From Euprymna scolopes (Eukaryota): a stretch of 64,000 nucleotides of DNA. The stretch lies in the NCBI GenBank assembly GCA_053919585.1, contig CM132791.1; one strand, written 5' to 3'. The notes under the pieces are model-generated. The model was not told the origin of the DNA. It was given only the letters and a program-made list of their open reading frames with translations, and did no database searches. The position numbers and the translations under genes are program-made. This document shows positions 1-12,050 of this stretch, piece after piece (position 1 is the first letter of the stretch; each line of letters opens with the position of its first letter).

Positions 1-542
1 GTGTCATGAAATATTGTTCAAAAGCAGTTTGTAGCATTCGATATGTTTCTGTGGCGTTTCTTCTTAATTTAAAACATAATTTTAGTTGATATCATGCTGC
101 TAAAGTGCCTTCACGTCTAGATTGTATTCTTGAAATTTATCAGCTGTGGCAATCAGCATTTTCTAGGGCGTATTGCAATTCCTGCTGTAGCTGGTGATTT
201 ACACCCGAAATCATAAAAAAAAACTGATCATCATATCAAAATATGTTTAGAAATAGCATACTGAATTTTAAAAAGTCTACAAAATTTAAAATGCTCGTAA
301 AAAAGCCTGGAAACTTATTTAAACCACCTCTTTCTTAAAAAAAAAATAGTTTCTCAAAAATGTACTAACTGGTGTCTTATGTTAATAAAACTTTACAACT
401 GTCAGTGTAATCTCAATTTTCACGAAAATGTTACATACCATATTGTCGCATTACCTTAAAATGAAAGTAATGTAAATACAGCGAACATTACATATTACAG
501 TTGTGTTTTACATCCATAATAATCAGTTAATTGCTTCAAAAT

Positions 543-544
<2 letters not shown>

Positions 545-621
<77 letters not shown>
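545..621. repeat. (TA)n/(CA)n microsatellite
   Basis: Direct dinucleotide run. Confidence 0.97.
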
Positions 622-625
<4 letters not shown>

Positions 626-1633
626 TATAGGAATAGTTCGTATGGAAAACTTGATCAAAACCATTTTGAATTTTTTTAGATAACACAACCTTGGCATTTA
701 CATTACATACGTGTTTGTATGGCTCCACTACTTTCGATACACGAAATGAACACCGACAAAATATGTTACGTTACAAAGACAATATACCGGACGACAAATA
801 TATAAACAATTGGGAAAAATACTAATTTTATTAACTGTCGACTGGACCGTTATTTTGTCAAGAAGGGGTCAGCTTTTGCGTCGATATTTTTACATAGTCA
901 TTAATTCCTTGGAATCTAAACGTACGTTTAAAACAAGTTATTTTTAGGCTGTAAGGTCACCATTACCCCGTGGGGGGAGGGAGGAGATAGGAAACGCGTT
1001 TGCTTTTTTGTTCCTCATTTTCTCCTTTCGCGCTACAAGTTCGAGCCTGCAAACTGTGGCTATTTTTTTTTCGTTAATACGGAAATGTTTTAGTTGTGGC
1101 TGTAAATGGAATTGTTGCTCAGTAACCTTAAAGTAAAACCTTTCTCCACACCTGAGCAACGCTGTGTATCTATGATCGTTCTTAATCAAATATAAAGAAA
1201 GAAAAGCGTATGATTTTCCCCTGAAATTTACACTACATTATTACGGTTTTTATTCAAGCAATTGTATTTTTTCACACGTACCGCATGTACCTACACATAG
1301 TGTTAAATCATTATTTTTTTTCAATTATCAACTTAATTTATTTCCCTTGCGTATAATTTATCAGACTGTAATACAGAAAGTAAATTTAGAACCAAATAAT
1401 CGGAAACCTCTTATTCTGCGGATTTTAAGCAGGACTATTTTTTCTAACCCCAACTTTAAACTGACCCTGTTGAAAGGAGGTCAGTTTTTAAATGTCAGTT
1501 TGTTGACGTCCAAATTTTATAGAAACATCCTTCATTTCTATTTTTTAATTATTATTTTTATGTTTAAAACAAAGAATCTGTAGAAATCTAAAATCGTAAA
1601 AAAATGTGTTACATCACTAGATTTTCAAATAGA

Positions 1634-1636
<3 letters not shown>

Positions 1637-1688
<52 letters not shown>

Positions 1689-2295
1689 GAAGCTGAACGT
1701 CTGTGTGTGTCTGGTTATGAGTAGGCTCCTATATGGTTGATTATATAAGAAACCTTATCACATATGATGATCGAAGATGTATCGCTACACAGGAATGGGT
1801 ATGTTTGATCTGGCATAATGATCATTCATTAAAATTGTGGGGTCTTCGTATGCGCCTGGTCCACAAAGTACGGTAATAAATAATGTAAAAATTAAAAAAA
1901 AACGTTTACAAGTGTTTTTGATATAGATGTATATAAAAATACTTTGATAAGTATGTTTTCGATTAAATAGGGATGGTATAATAAAATTGTGGGGTCTGTG
2001 TTCGCGCCTGGCCTCCATAGACTGGAAATAGGCACCCCCTTTAATAAAGGCTTTTAATATCTATCTGCGTAAGTATAAGTATACTTTGATAATTGTGTTT
2101 CAGTTTGAAAAAATATGGAATAATAAAATCATGTGGTGTTTGTTTAACAAGGTGTTTTAATATAGATCCACAGAATATTGTGATAAGTGTGTCAGTGTGA
2201 ACACTTATGGTATAATAAATTATGGGGGTTATCTATTTTATTTTGACTTTCAGTAGGGTGTTTTTGAACCCAGTCAACAACGGGTACTTTTGCTA

Positions 2296-2296
<1 letters not shown>
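1637..2296 (+). mobile_element. Non-autonomous Helitron-like element between two (TA)n tracts
   Basis: 3' end ACCCagtcaacaacGGGTacttttgCTAG|T (2268-2297) is a subterminal hairpin plus CTAG. The 5' part reads (TA)n-ATGAAGCTGAACGTCTGTGTGTGTCTG. Internal ~150-bp subrepeats (TAAAATTGTGGGGTCT at ~1830 and ~1982; ATACTTTGATAA at ~1939 and ~2081). No clear 5' TC. Confidence 0.6.

Positions 2297-2364
<68 letters not shown>
2297..2364. repeat. (TA)n microsatellite
   Basis: Direct run. Confidence 0.97.
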
Positions 2365-2368
<4 letters not shown>

Positions 2369-2399
2369 AATGGGCGAAGAAATTCCACTCGGGACCAAA

Positions 2400-4835
2400 C
2401 TACCGGAGGTTTACAACAGATACAATTTTATTAGATTTACACTATTAAGGATTACATTATTTTACTATTGAAAGGCATTAAAGACACATTTTTTAAAATT
2501 CAATTTTCAACCCAAATAAGGCACAGTGCCACTTTGAAGTGGGGGTCTACTATCGGGAATATAAGTTGCAGGGGTATTATGGAGGGATTATAAAGGGAGA
2601 TGAGTAGCAAGATGTTCGTTCACATTACACTTGGTCTTCTGCATGTCAGTACAGTTTGGAAAGCAGAATCTCGGAAGGGAGTTTAAATGTCTAGCCCTTC
2701 TAGGGAAGAAACTATTGGAGTTGAAAGCTTTCTTACACTATTGGATCTCTATAATGAAGAAGGTACGATTTATATGCTTCTCGGAGGTATTCACGTCGAG
2801 GGGGTACACGTGATTGTAGCTCGTGAGGGCATTCACCATTACAGAACAGACAGAATGATGCACCATTTCATTGATCGGACAGAGGCTGGAGCTTAGATGA
2901 CAGTTCAGGACCTATCAAGTTGGCGACTCTCTTTTGAACCCTGTCAAGGAGTGAGAGACAAATAGCAGATGCACCAGCCCAAATCTGGCAACAGTACTAC
3001 ATACATGGGCGTATGGTGGTCTTATAGAGGTACAGGGTACTTTCAGGCGTAAGTAGCTTTCTAGCACAGTAGAGAAAGCTCTTCTTCTCTGCAGCAGCCT
3101 TGCTAATGCTCTCAATGTATCTATCCTAGTTCATGTTCTTTGTAAACGTTGGGCTGAGGAGTTTAAAGGAAGTACTTTCGGATAATGTGTTCTTATCAAT
3201 TGCTATTGGTGGTAGTGTAGGTTTTTTGTAGTTATTTAAGGAAACTAGCTCAGTCTTGGCAGAATTGAATGTGCCCATCCATTTTTGTCCCCACTCTACT
3301 AAAGACTGGAGGGCATCCTCTTGTGTTTCTGCCATTTCCCTAGAGATGTGTGTATTTGTTTTCCCCTAATGTCTGTCATAGAGATTAGTGTCATCAGCAA
3401 ATATACCTATATCAGAAACAATTCTATCAGGAAGGTCATTTATGAATATCAGGAATAATAATGGTCCTAAAATAGATCCCTTAAGTACTCCCGCATTTAT
3501 ATTATATTATTTAGATGTACGACCCTCAAGGACAATATGGATGCTTCTCTTACTTAAGAAGGATTTAATTACATTATGTATTCTTCCAGCTGTTGCATAT
3601 GGGCTAATTTTACTTAGAAGACCATTGTGCCATACCCTGTCAAACACATTATATATCGGAGGCTAACGCTCTTCTCTCCTCTATTTTATCAAGTGAACGT
3701 TTTATGCGTTCAAAGATTAGTTGGGATATCTTCTGCTGAACTGGCCTCCCTAAATTTATATTGATTGTCGGTTAGGAGGTTAGCACCTGTAAGGTGATAA
3801 ACTAGAACTTGATTAATTAAGAACTCAAATATTTTGGCAAAAACGGGAGAAGGCTCATGGGCGATAATTTCATGGGTCAGTTCTTTCGCCAGAATTCTTG
3901 AAAATGGTATCACAGAAGCAGTTTTCCAGTAGTCAGGAAATCAACGTTCGTTGAGGCATTTATTGTATTGTCTGGAGAGAACGGGAGCAACCTCAGCGGA
4001 TCACTTTTTATAATACAGCCGGGATGAGGTGGGGTCCACATGCTTTTGAGGTGTCTAGGTTTTTTATGATAACATGTTCCTGAGAAAGGGTGATTCTCAA
4101 ATCATCTAGTGTTGCGTCCTTCCGCAAAATAGTCAGGGAGGTAGTGATGTGGCGGGTCCAATGTGGAGTTTGACACAAACCGACTGCCGAGCAGGTTAGG
4201 CTTCTTGGTTGCCGTGCAAAGAACCTCATGGCCGTTTGATATTGGGGAAATCGTTGACTGTCATTATGTACTACACCGTTGTAGATTTTCCAAAAATCAT
4301 GAGTTCCTAATCTCTGTGCTTCGATGTGTTTTCTGATGGTTCCACTCTATTCTGTCTTAGCTGTCGCTATTTCTCTCTTACAATTACGTCTAGCTTCTAT
4401 ATACTACTGTCTGTTTGACCAGGATTTTAGTTGAGCTGCACAAGTAGATGTAAACGAGTTGGGAGAGTGGGGTTTGCTATAAAATGTCCGTGTGGGAACA
4501 TGTGATTCAATTGCAGTTTTTAACCTTTAAGCGGTTTCATATGCGCACTGTTCGGATTGAGGAGAAAAGATATTTCCCTATGGGGCGTCTCTGATGAGAC
4601 CCCTGATGGCTTCCCAGTCAGCCTTTTTGTAATACCTCGTTGTTTTGAGCAGTGGGTCTTCAGTTCAGGGTGGAGAATTAAGGGCGATTTCTACCATCAT
4701 CAGAACGTGATCAGCATTCACGAATGGGCAGTAGATTTTCGTTATAAAATCCTTGGGAACTGTGATCTGAAATTGATCTAGAAGTGAGGCGTGCTGATCT
4801 CGATGGTCTGGGAAACGTGTAAGACCTGTCACCGT
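2400..4835 (-). mobile_element. Degenerate 5'-truncated CR1-like LINE (endonuclease C-terminus, RT and C-terminal domain)
   Basis: Minus-strand translation gives LTRFPD..ASLLD (~4800), IKNLDTSKACGP (~4050), YNKCLNER.FPDYWK (~3950), LLTDNQYKFR, INAGVLKGSILGPLLFLIFINDLPDRIVSDIGIFADDT (3500-3388), LVEWGQKWMGTFNSAKT and NSFFPR..NSLP (~2700). Many stops and frameshifts. Confidence 0.93.
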
Positions 4836-5850
4836 CTTTGACATAAATTTGTAAATTTAAAACATTACATTTACTCCAAGGTAGACCGTAACCACGATCG
4901 CATAGATATTTAGTGGAAGTAGCTGTTGTTCCCCCCCCCCTTGAAAAAAGTCCTACTCCTACTACTATTCGACACCGGGAGGTTTTCTACATTAGAGTCA
5001 TATATGGAGTTTCGCTCTAATTTTCTGGCTCATATTGTTATGCACATAGCCCTGATCATTCATTTCCCCTACCCTGCAAAAAAATAATTTTCCCCTCCTC
5101 TGATTTCTCACTCTCTTATTGGCTAAAAAGTTTATATTCTTTCATTCAGAAATGAACTAAACCTTATTCCAAAGGGAACGCTACACAGATTATAACACAC
5201 ACGGCTTCTCGGAAACGTGAAAAGAATTTATACATGAAACACAATTTATTTTTATGATTGCCATAAAAGATTTACTTCCCTAGTAGTAAGGACGATTTAT
5301 TATTTCCTTACCTCACATTACAACATTATTTTATTGGCATCACATGTTCTTACGCAGAATGTGTTTTTTCGTTTATTTTCTTAAAATTATATTTTATTAC
5401 ACAAATTGTTGAATAACTGTTTTTACAATAATATATGTTTTTACAATTGTATATATTACATTTATACTTTGGTATAAAAAATGTTTTTGCTTACAAATAA
5501 CTGCCGTTCGGAACAAACAAAAGTATTGCTTATTCTTCGTGCTAATTTCTAACGAAAAAATACGAGTTTTATTTATTTATTAGCATTTCGTTATTTATTT
5601 ACTTTAGTTACAGTGAATACATTCATAAAAAGAAATAATTATATTTTATTTTGCTAAAAAATATAACGATATAGTAATTCATTTTTATTAAATATCAGTA
5701 CGGACAAAGGAGATAAAACAATCGTTTCCTTTAGTTTTAGTTTTTAAATCGCACTATTATTTCATATGTGAGGAAGATTGTTTTTTAGGGGGGGGGTGTT
5801 TGTGCATGGAAAGTTATCTTCGTATTTTCTCACGACCCGACATAGCGTAC

Positions 5851-5990
5851 TAAAACACACCAAACTTCCACATAGTAAGGAGGTTTTCGGAATAAACATC
5901 CCAATCTATACATGTTAATAACATCTTTCGAGCTTATGGGTGTTTATTCCGAAATACTTTCATAACATGGCAAAGTTGGGAGTGTTTATA
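5851..5990. repeat. Inverted arrangement of ~42-bp repeat units
   Basis: TTTCGGAATAAACATCCC (5885-5902) is the near reverse complement of GGGTGTTTATTCCGAAA (5938-5954). The unit resembles the 15.4-15.7 kb minisatellite. Confidence 0.65.
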
Positions 5991-6559
5991 ATACGTTTGC
6001 ACAAAGATACTCTCCCTTCGTTTTCCTTTTAAAATCTTTCCTTTACTTTTTTAGTTCTTCCAATTTTTAACATCTGCTCACTCCCGTTTATTTTGGCTAA
6101 TGCGGTATAATCAGGCGGTTTCCGTTGTTCGCCGGGCGTTGCCGCGCAATGCTCATGTGAAGACCGGCTTTAAACTGCAGAAGTACCTAAGTTTTAAAGT
6201 GAGGACATGAGTTTTTGTTTTTAGTTTTTTTTTAATTTATAATTAAAAGCGTTGAACAATAAAATGTACAATTTTGGGCACTTATGTGTTTTTAGATACC
6301 GGGCTGAAATAATAATGTGTTTATTTACAAAGCTATTTCAACCTAGGGGGAGGAAGGTGCTTTTTCACTATTAAAAAAATAGCATTGAACTTGTATTCAA
6401 TCTGAAAACATTATTTACAAATAGCGCGGTACCAACAATGCATAAGCAACAAATTGTAAAGTAGATATTGATCTAGGATGAATATGGTTGCAGAGCGCAA
6501 TACAATCTGCTTTGATATGCATGTGAAGCACGGGTTAGTTACAAAACAAGTTTATTTAA

Positions 6560-6561
6560 TC

Positions 6562-6613
<52 letters not shown>

Positions 6614-7479
6614 CGAAAATGTATTTACGTATGTGTGTATGTTAGTGACTGCTAAAACTTTCGAAAGACAGAACAAAAATTCAAACTTGGTCTCATATGA
6701 AAACCCCATCCTCCGCCAGACAAATATCGAAAAATTGGCCCAAAATCTTAATTTTTCCTCCGGAAATTTACACTTTTTTACAGGGGGGGGCAACAAAAAC
6801 CGTCCTCTCATGACGAGATCGCTTCTATGCATGTGTCAGATGACGTCATAACCTGATTTAGTTTAAATATTTAAAGAACTGACACAATTATATGTACGCC
6901 GTTTGGCTCAATTGGTTAGACCGGTGGGTCATTATCTAAACGTTTTGGGTTCGAATCATGGTGTGAGATTTCTTCATTTATTCGGTTTTTTAAGTAATAT
7001 GGAAGCAGGGTTATTTAAGCTATTTTCACGTAACGTTCGTTTTTCTGTTTTTTTTACTTCGCTTATTCTTAGGTTTTTATTAACACCCCTCACCCCCACA
7101 CACATCCAAAAACACCCTGGTACCCACCGTGGCTTATTTAAGCCATTTTCACGTGTTTTTTTCTTTTTGTTTTTATTTTTCAGAAGTTTAAACGTTCGTT
7201 TTTCTGTTTTTTTTTTTTGTTTTTCAGATTTTTACATTTAACCTCGTTCATTTGCCATACGTTAGTTTTTTGTGTGTGTTTTTTTTACCTCGCTTATTCT
7301 TATGTTTTGATTGCACCCACGCCCACCACCCGGGTACCCGCCGCTTTATTTTTCAGATAAGTTTTGCCGTTCGTTTTTCTGTTTTCTCTTTTTACTTCGC
7401 TTATTCTTAGGTTTTCATTAACTCCCCCCTCCGACACACACCTCCAAACACTCAGGCAACGCCGGGTAACCCCCGCTAG
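6560..7479 (+). mobile_element. Non-autonomous Helitron containing (TA)n, a tRNA-like segment and internal subrepeats
   Basis: Starts A|TCTATG(TA)n at 6560 and ends CTCAGGCAACGCCGGGtaaccccccgCTAG|T at 7479 (TC...CTAG between A and T, no TSD). About three copies of CGTTCGTTTTTCTG...CGCTTATTCTT between 7033 and 7440. Confidence 0.72.
6898..6968 (+). pseudogene. tRNA-derived (SINE-head-like) fragment with pol III A and B boxes
   Basis: A box TGGCTCAATTGG (6904-6915) and B box GGTTCGAATC (6948-6957) at tRNA spacing. The acceptor stem does not pair, so it is not a functional tRNA. Confidence 0.65.
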
Positions 7480-7795
7480 TAATTAATAAATATCGAAAAT
7501 TTCCGAAAAAAAGCTTCTTTTTAATGGTAACAAAGTGACGATAGTATTATTTACTTACAGTTTTATACGGGGGGGGGTAAGGGTGTGGTGCGCGTTGGAA
7601 ATATATATTATACGCTTATCAAAAAAAATAAAACTACTGATAGGCTATTTTGGCAATACACACCCGTTTCTTTTCTTCAATCTTGGTAATTTAATATTTA
7701 ATATTTAGCCAACAAAAATATAATATCGGTATTTAAAATTTGAGGGTGAGGGTGCATGCTACAACGGGGCAACACTGGTTTACGGGACCAGCTAG
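7480..7795 (+). mobile_element. Second Helitron-like 3' terminus
   Basis: CGGGGCAACACTGG...accagCTAG|T ending at 7795; hairpin is degenerate. Confidence 0.4.
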
Positions 7796-9039
7796 TAAAT
7801 AAAGACAATTTTTAATAATTTTGTCTTTTGAACGGATACTTAACATAAAAATCGATTTAGACCCAAAAAAATGTTAAAAAGTAATTGATTAATTTAACTA
7901 TAAATTTGATATATAATTTATAATTTAACTATATATTATAAATGTAAATATAAAATAACTGACATGTTTACAACCAAAGCTATATGCATAACAGTGGATT
8001 TAATTTAGTTATATTATTTGAATTTAATAATTTTTTTAAGTAGTGGTATTGTTAGGTGCACCACTAAGAAAATCGATTTAATTTGCTTTATGACATCATA
8101 TATTTTTATTTACTTTTCATTAAATATTTTTGGGCATTTAAATAAAACAATTATACGCTCTATCGTCAATCAATATTTATTCTATTACTGCCCCATACTT
8201 TTATCTTGCAAAAATAATCTTCTCCCATTGCTCAGTGCCAAACATTCTGTTTGCTATCAGAAATGCATCGCTACCGGTTGTAATGATCAAACGCACATTT
8301 ATAAAAAGATTTAAAACCAAAATTCGAAAATAATCCAAATCATATTGGACAAATTAAACAAAAGATAAACATGCTGAATACAGCCCGTGCAGAAATAATT
8401 ACATCATTATTTAGAAAATGGTGCTTAACATTGGGAGGTTCGGCGTTTTAATCTATAAACTATAAATATTGTAAGATATTTATTTTAAATGTAATGTAAA
8501 AGTGAATGGAAAGGGTGTCTAATATTTACCAAAATTCTTTTTAATTCTATTTAAGTTTTGTTAAACTATATCCGAAAGTGGACGTCCTGTAACTACTCTA
8601 TACTTCTACCTAACGATTTTATAAACAGAAGATATATTAAAAATTGAATTTCACTTGGAAATCCTATGTTAACAAAGTGCAGTCAGTATTCTGCATGCGT
8701 ACAAATAAAAATAATACATTGAACTAGGAAATTAGACTAAACGTAATTAAAAAATAGAAATATACGTTAAAAAGTAGAACTCAATTAAATTCGATTATAG
8801 TAGTTCAGAGTAGTTGGGAAGAGTGGTGCATATTTTAATTAATTTTTTCTTCGACTTTTAAAATAGGAAATGCATTTAAAAACTTATATTCCTGTTTTTT
8901 TTTAATTTAACCAAATGAGATGAGAGTGCCGCAGAAAGATTTCATTTTGGTATCACAAATTATTAAAATTGCATTCCGTTTTTTTATGAAAGGGTCGATA
9001 ATATAAACGCCCCTCTCTTACCTCAGGCTAGGTATTTTG

Positions 9040-9520
9040 TGTAAATTACCCAAATGTATAAAGCACCACAGCCAAATAAAAGAAAGGGCACCATATTTAC
9101 AAAGGAGTATCTTGCAGTGCCATTTAAGGTATAAGAATAAGATTCAAAACTATGATAAACGTGCATGTTTATATGTAGGTATTTCTTATAGTCTTAGTAA
9201 TAATGCTAAAGCTCTCGACATATCTCACTGTAATTGCACCCCTAGATTACTGCACGCTATTTAGAGGCCATACACTCCTGATATGTCTGTCTTTGACCAA
9301 TCCAACTGCTGTAGCATAGAAATAACGATCGTCCACAATCAAATGCGTTGGACAGAACGCTTACCAACGATTAGAGATGATGAGAAAAAATCTGTTTTAT
9401 TGTGAACTTTCCATAGAAATGTGACCGCGGTATAAACCTACAAAATACTTTAAGGGCGTATTGAGGAGTAAACTAAAATTGCTAGAAATTGTTATCAACG
9501 ACTGGGAAGTTCAAACTGCG
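9040..9520 (+). mobile_element. Degenerate RTE (BovB-like) LINE 3' fragment
   Basis: Translation PDMSVFDQSNCCSIEITIVHNQMRWTERL (~9277-9365) resembles the RTE C-terminal pattern PDTEVL..A...SIE......QLRW.GHV, preceded by LDISHCNC..RLL.AI. Confidence 0.55.
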
Positions 9521-10171
9521 AATAGATATAAATGAAAAAAATAACCACATAAGTATACCGCAAATTTGTGAAAAGCCGTTTTAAGCGAAATTATTTTATA
9601 CATGTATATACTATTAATTATGTTTAATATGAGCTCATTTAAGTATGCTCTTAAAATGCAAATGTATGGAGACTTTTAAAAAGTCCATTTTTACGTTTAT
9701 TCTCTATAAATATAAAGCGGGAGTCTTGCACGGAAGGCCCCCGCCATTTTTCTTTCTCTCTCCCAGAAAACATGCTTTGTAGGAAGGAAGTTCACTGCGT
9801 TGAAACTAGCCCTTATGAATATTTTGAAAAAAAACATTATACCTTGTACTAGTAAGGTATGAAAACGTAATTGATACTCTTTATTTTTTTTATTTTCTTT
9901 ATATTCTGTTCTTGACTAAGGTCACTAAAATTCAATGCCGCGTGTAGAGTGTTTTTTTTTCTTCAGATTACTTGTCTGGGGACCATATTTCAACACGAAA
10001 TAATTTCCACTGGATTTTGTGCTAACTTCTTTTATAATTATTTATTCTATTAATTATTTTGATCAATATAAGCTGATGTCATTTAGTTCTTAAAATGCAA
10101 ATGTATGGAGTATAAAAATGCAATCTATAACAGTGTCATATTGATTCCATTATATTAACTCACGTGTAAAT

Positions 10172-11315
10172 ATGGGAGGGGCAGGTATCCTCAAATATTA
10201 TCATTAATTTGGAATTAGAGCTAGGGATTTTACTAAATAAATATTAATGAATCCGTTTTATCCTTTTCTTAAAAATATAGAGTAGACAATGCATTGTGGA
10301 TGCCTTATCGGCAGTTCTCGTTACTATTGCGTCTCCTTATTTGTTACTCAGTCCTCATGTTTTCAATGAGTGATTTTTCTGACAAAGGGAGAAGAAAAGG
10401 TTGTTTACTATGTGGGCGGTAATTTGTGCGAACAGTTGCTAGAGATGTTGGAAATTCTGTTTCTTGGTTTATCCTTGTGGATATATCACTAGTAAATGTG
10501 CTGGAGGTATCTGTCTGATAGTCATGGACGTGAAATTTGGATTAACCACGAAGGAGGATGCTCTATAAGCAGGTGCAAAGTACTTGGGTTGCTGTATTTC
10601 CATTTGCTGAATGGATTCTGGACCGTGCAGTAGCTTTGGGTGGGGCCTCTCGATGCTATATTAGTGAGTAATTGTTACGGATTTACCTTATATTATATCT
10701 AAACATTTTTTGGTTTCCTATTCTCTTACTTTCCCTCTCTGTTCTGCTTTAGGCAAGTCTGTCGATCTATTGTACCATTATAAAATACCAATTATGAAAG
10801 ATTTCAGGAAAAATACTCGAGCAAACCGGGATCATCAACTTCCACCGTAGACCCCCCACTACTATGTAACCTTGTCCAACATCAGGTGTCTACGTTCCCA
10901 GCTTCCAGAAGTTCAAACTCTATTACAGGTGACTAAACATGCTTTTATTCCTATGCGAGACTGGCATTAAACATACTACTTCCTTATGTGAGTTCGTAAG
11001 TAAGGATGCTTTAATTTAACCCCTAATCACGATCCCCAAGATCGCCATGTGCATGGAGTATGTGACTGCATTAAGGACGTTTTTCCATGTGGCAGGGAAA
11101 TCTCTAGAGAATATTAGCGAATCTCTTGGCGGAGGTTTCCTCTCTAGGGCAATTGCTATTGACATATAAAAGGCCTTTGATAAGGTATGGCATAAAGGTC
11201 TACTTCATAAGATCTCCAGCTAGGGTATAGCTGGAAATGTCTCCTCAGTTATTAAATCATTTTTCTCTGATAGGTTCATAAGGGTAGTAGATGATTGGCA
11301 GAAATTAGAAGCATG
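10172..11315 (+). mobile_element. CR1-like LINE: 5' UTR and endonuclease start, internally deleted and joined to an RT fragment
   Basis: 5' UTR homologous to 28420-29045(-) and 54790-55050(+). ATG at ~10794, then YVTLSNIRCLRSQLPEV, then a jump at ~11100 to AIDI*KAFDKVWHKGLLHKISS*GIAG. Confidence 0.88.
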
Positions 11316-11559
11316 GATAACGTTTACGAACGAAAAATAGGTAATAAATATGTGAATAAAATGTTCAAATGCTTAATGAATTGAATTAATGATAATCACA
11401 ACAAAATAACCCTTAAATGAAAAGGGGACCTAAATATAAACAAAGGGCAGGTAAATAACGATCAGGCGTACAACTAGTAACCAATCTGGTACTGGCCAGG
11501 CTCAACCTTGCTTCACTTCCGTGATCATGCAAGAACCGTTGTGTCAACGTGATTGTGCC

Positions 11560-11560
<1 letters not shown>

Positions 11561-11634
<74 letters not shown>
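11561..11634. repeat. (TA)n microsatellite
   Basis: Direct run. Confidence 0.97.
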
Positions 11635-11638
<4 letters not shown>

Positions 11639-11769
11639 GTTTTGCAAAACTGGCTGTATATTTTTATACGAGGATCTTACTTAAGGATCTTTTTATTCTT
11701 AAACATGTTGAAAGCTACAAAGACCGAATTTGTACCATTAAAACAGCCGATCATTTGTTATCTAAAATA

Positions 11770-12050
11770 TGTAAACATTATCACCACACTTTTCAATGAA
11801 CTGTGCCTGCGCGTGCAGAGGGACAATTTTCCTTATGAATGTAATTCGAAACGTATAACCTCTATGTATCAACTAAATCAGTTAAAGATATACGAAGATT
11901 TACTTTGTGTATACCACAATTCATTTTCTTATATACTCCCAATCATTGTAAAAGCGCCTTTTCCAGAAATTCTATGCCGCATCTCTGCTTCAGATGGACA
12001 TCTGTGATACTGTTGCTTTCATAGGGTATTTCACCACCAATATCTGCAAC
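11770..12050 (-). mobile_element. Possible RTE-type RT C-terminal fragment
   Basis: SEAEMRHRISGKGAFTMIG resembles the EI.RRI..GK.AF..L pattern; weak. Confidence 0.3.

Noticed and set aside
3388-3666. + strand ORF of 92 aa (likewise 27806-28095+, 29363-30081+ and 55188-55385-)
   Set aside because: Antisense shadows of RT or endonuclease coding sequence on the opposite strand.
6898-6968. Functional tRNA gene
   Set aside because: Acceptor and anticodon stems do not form.
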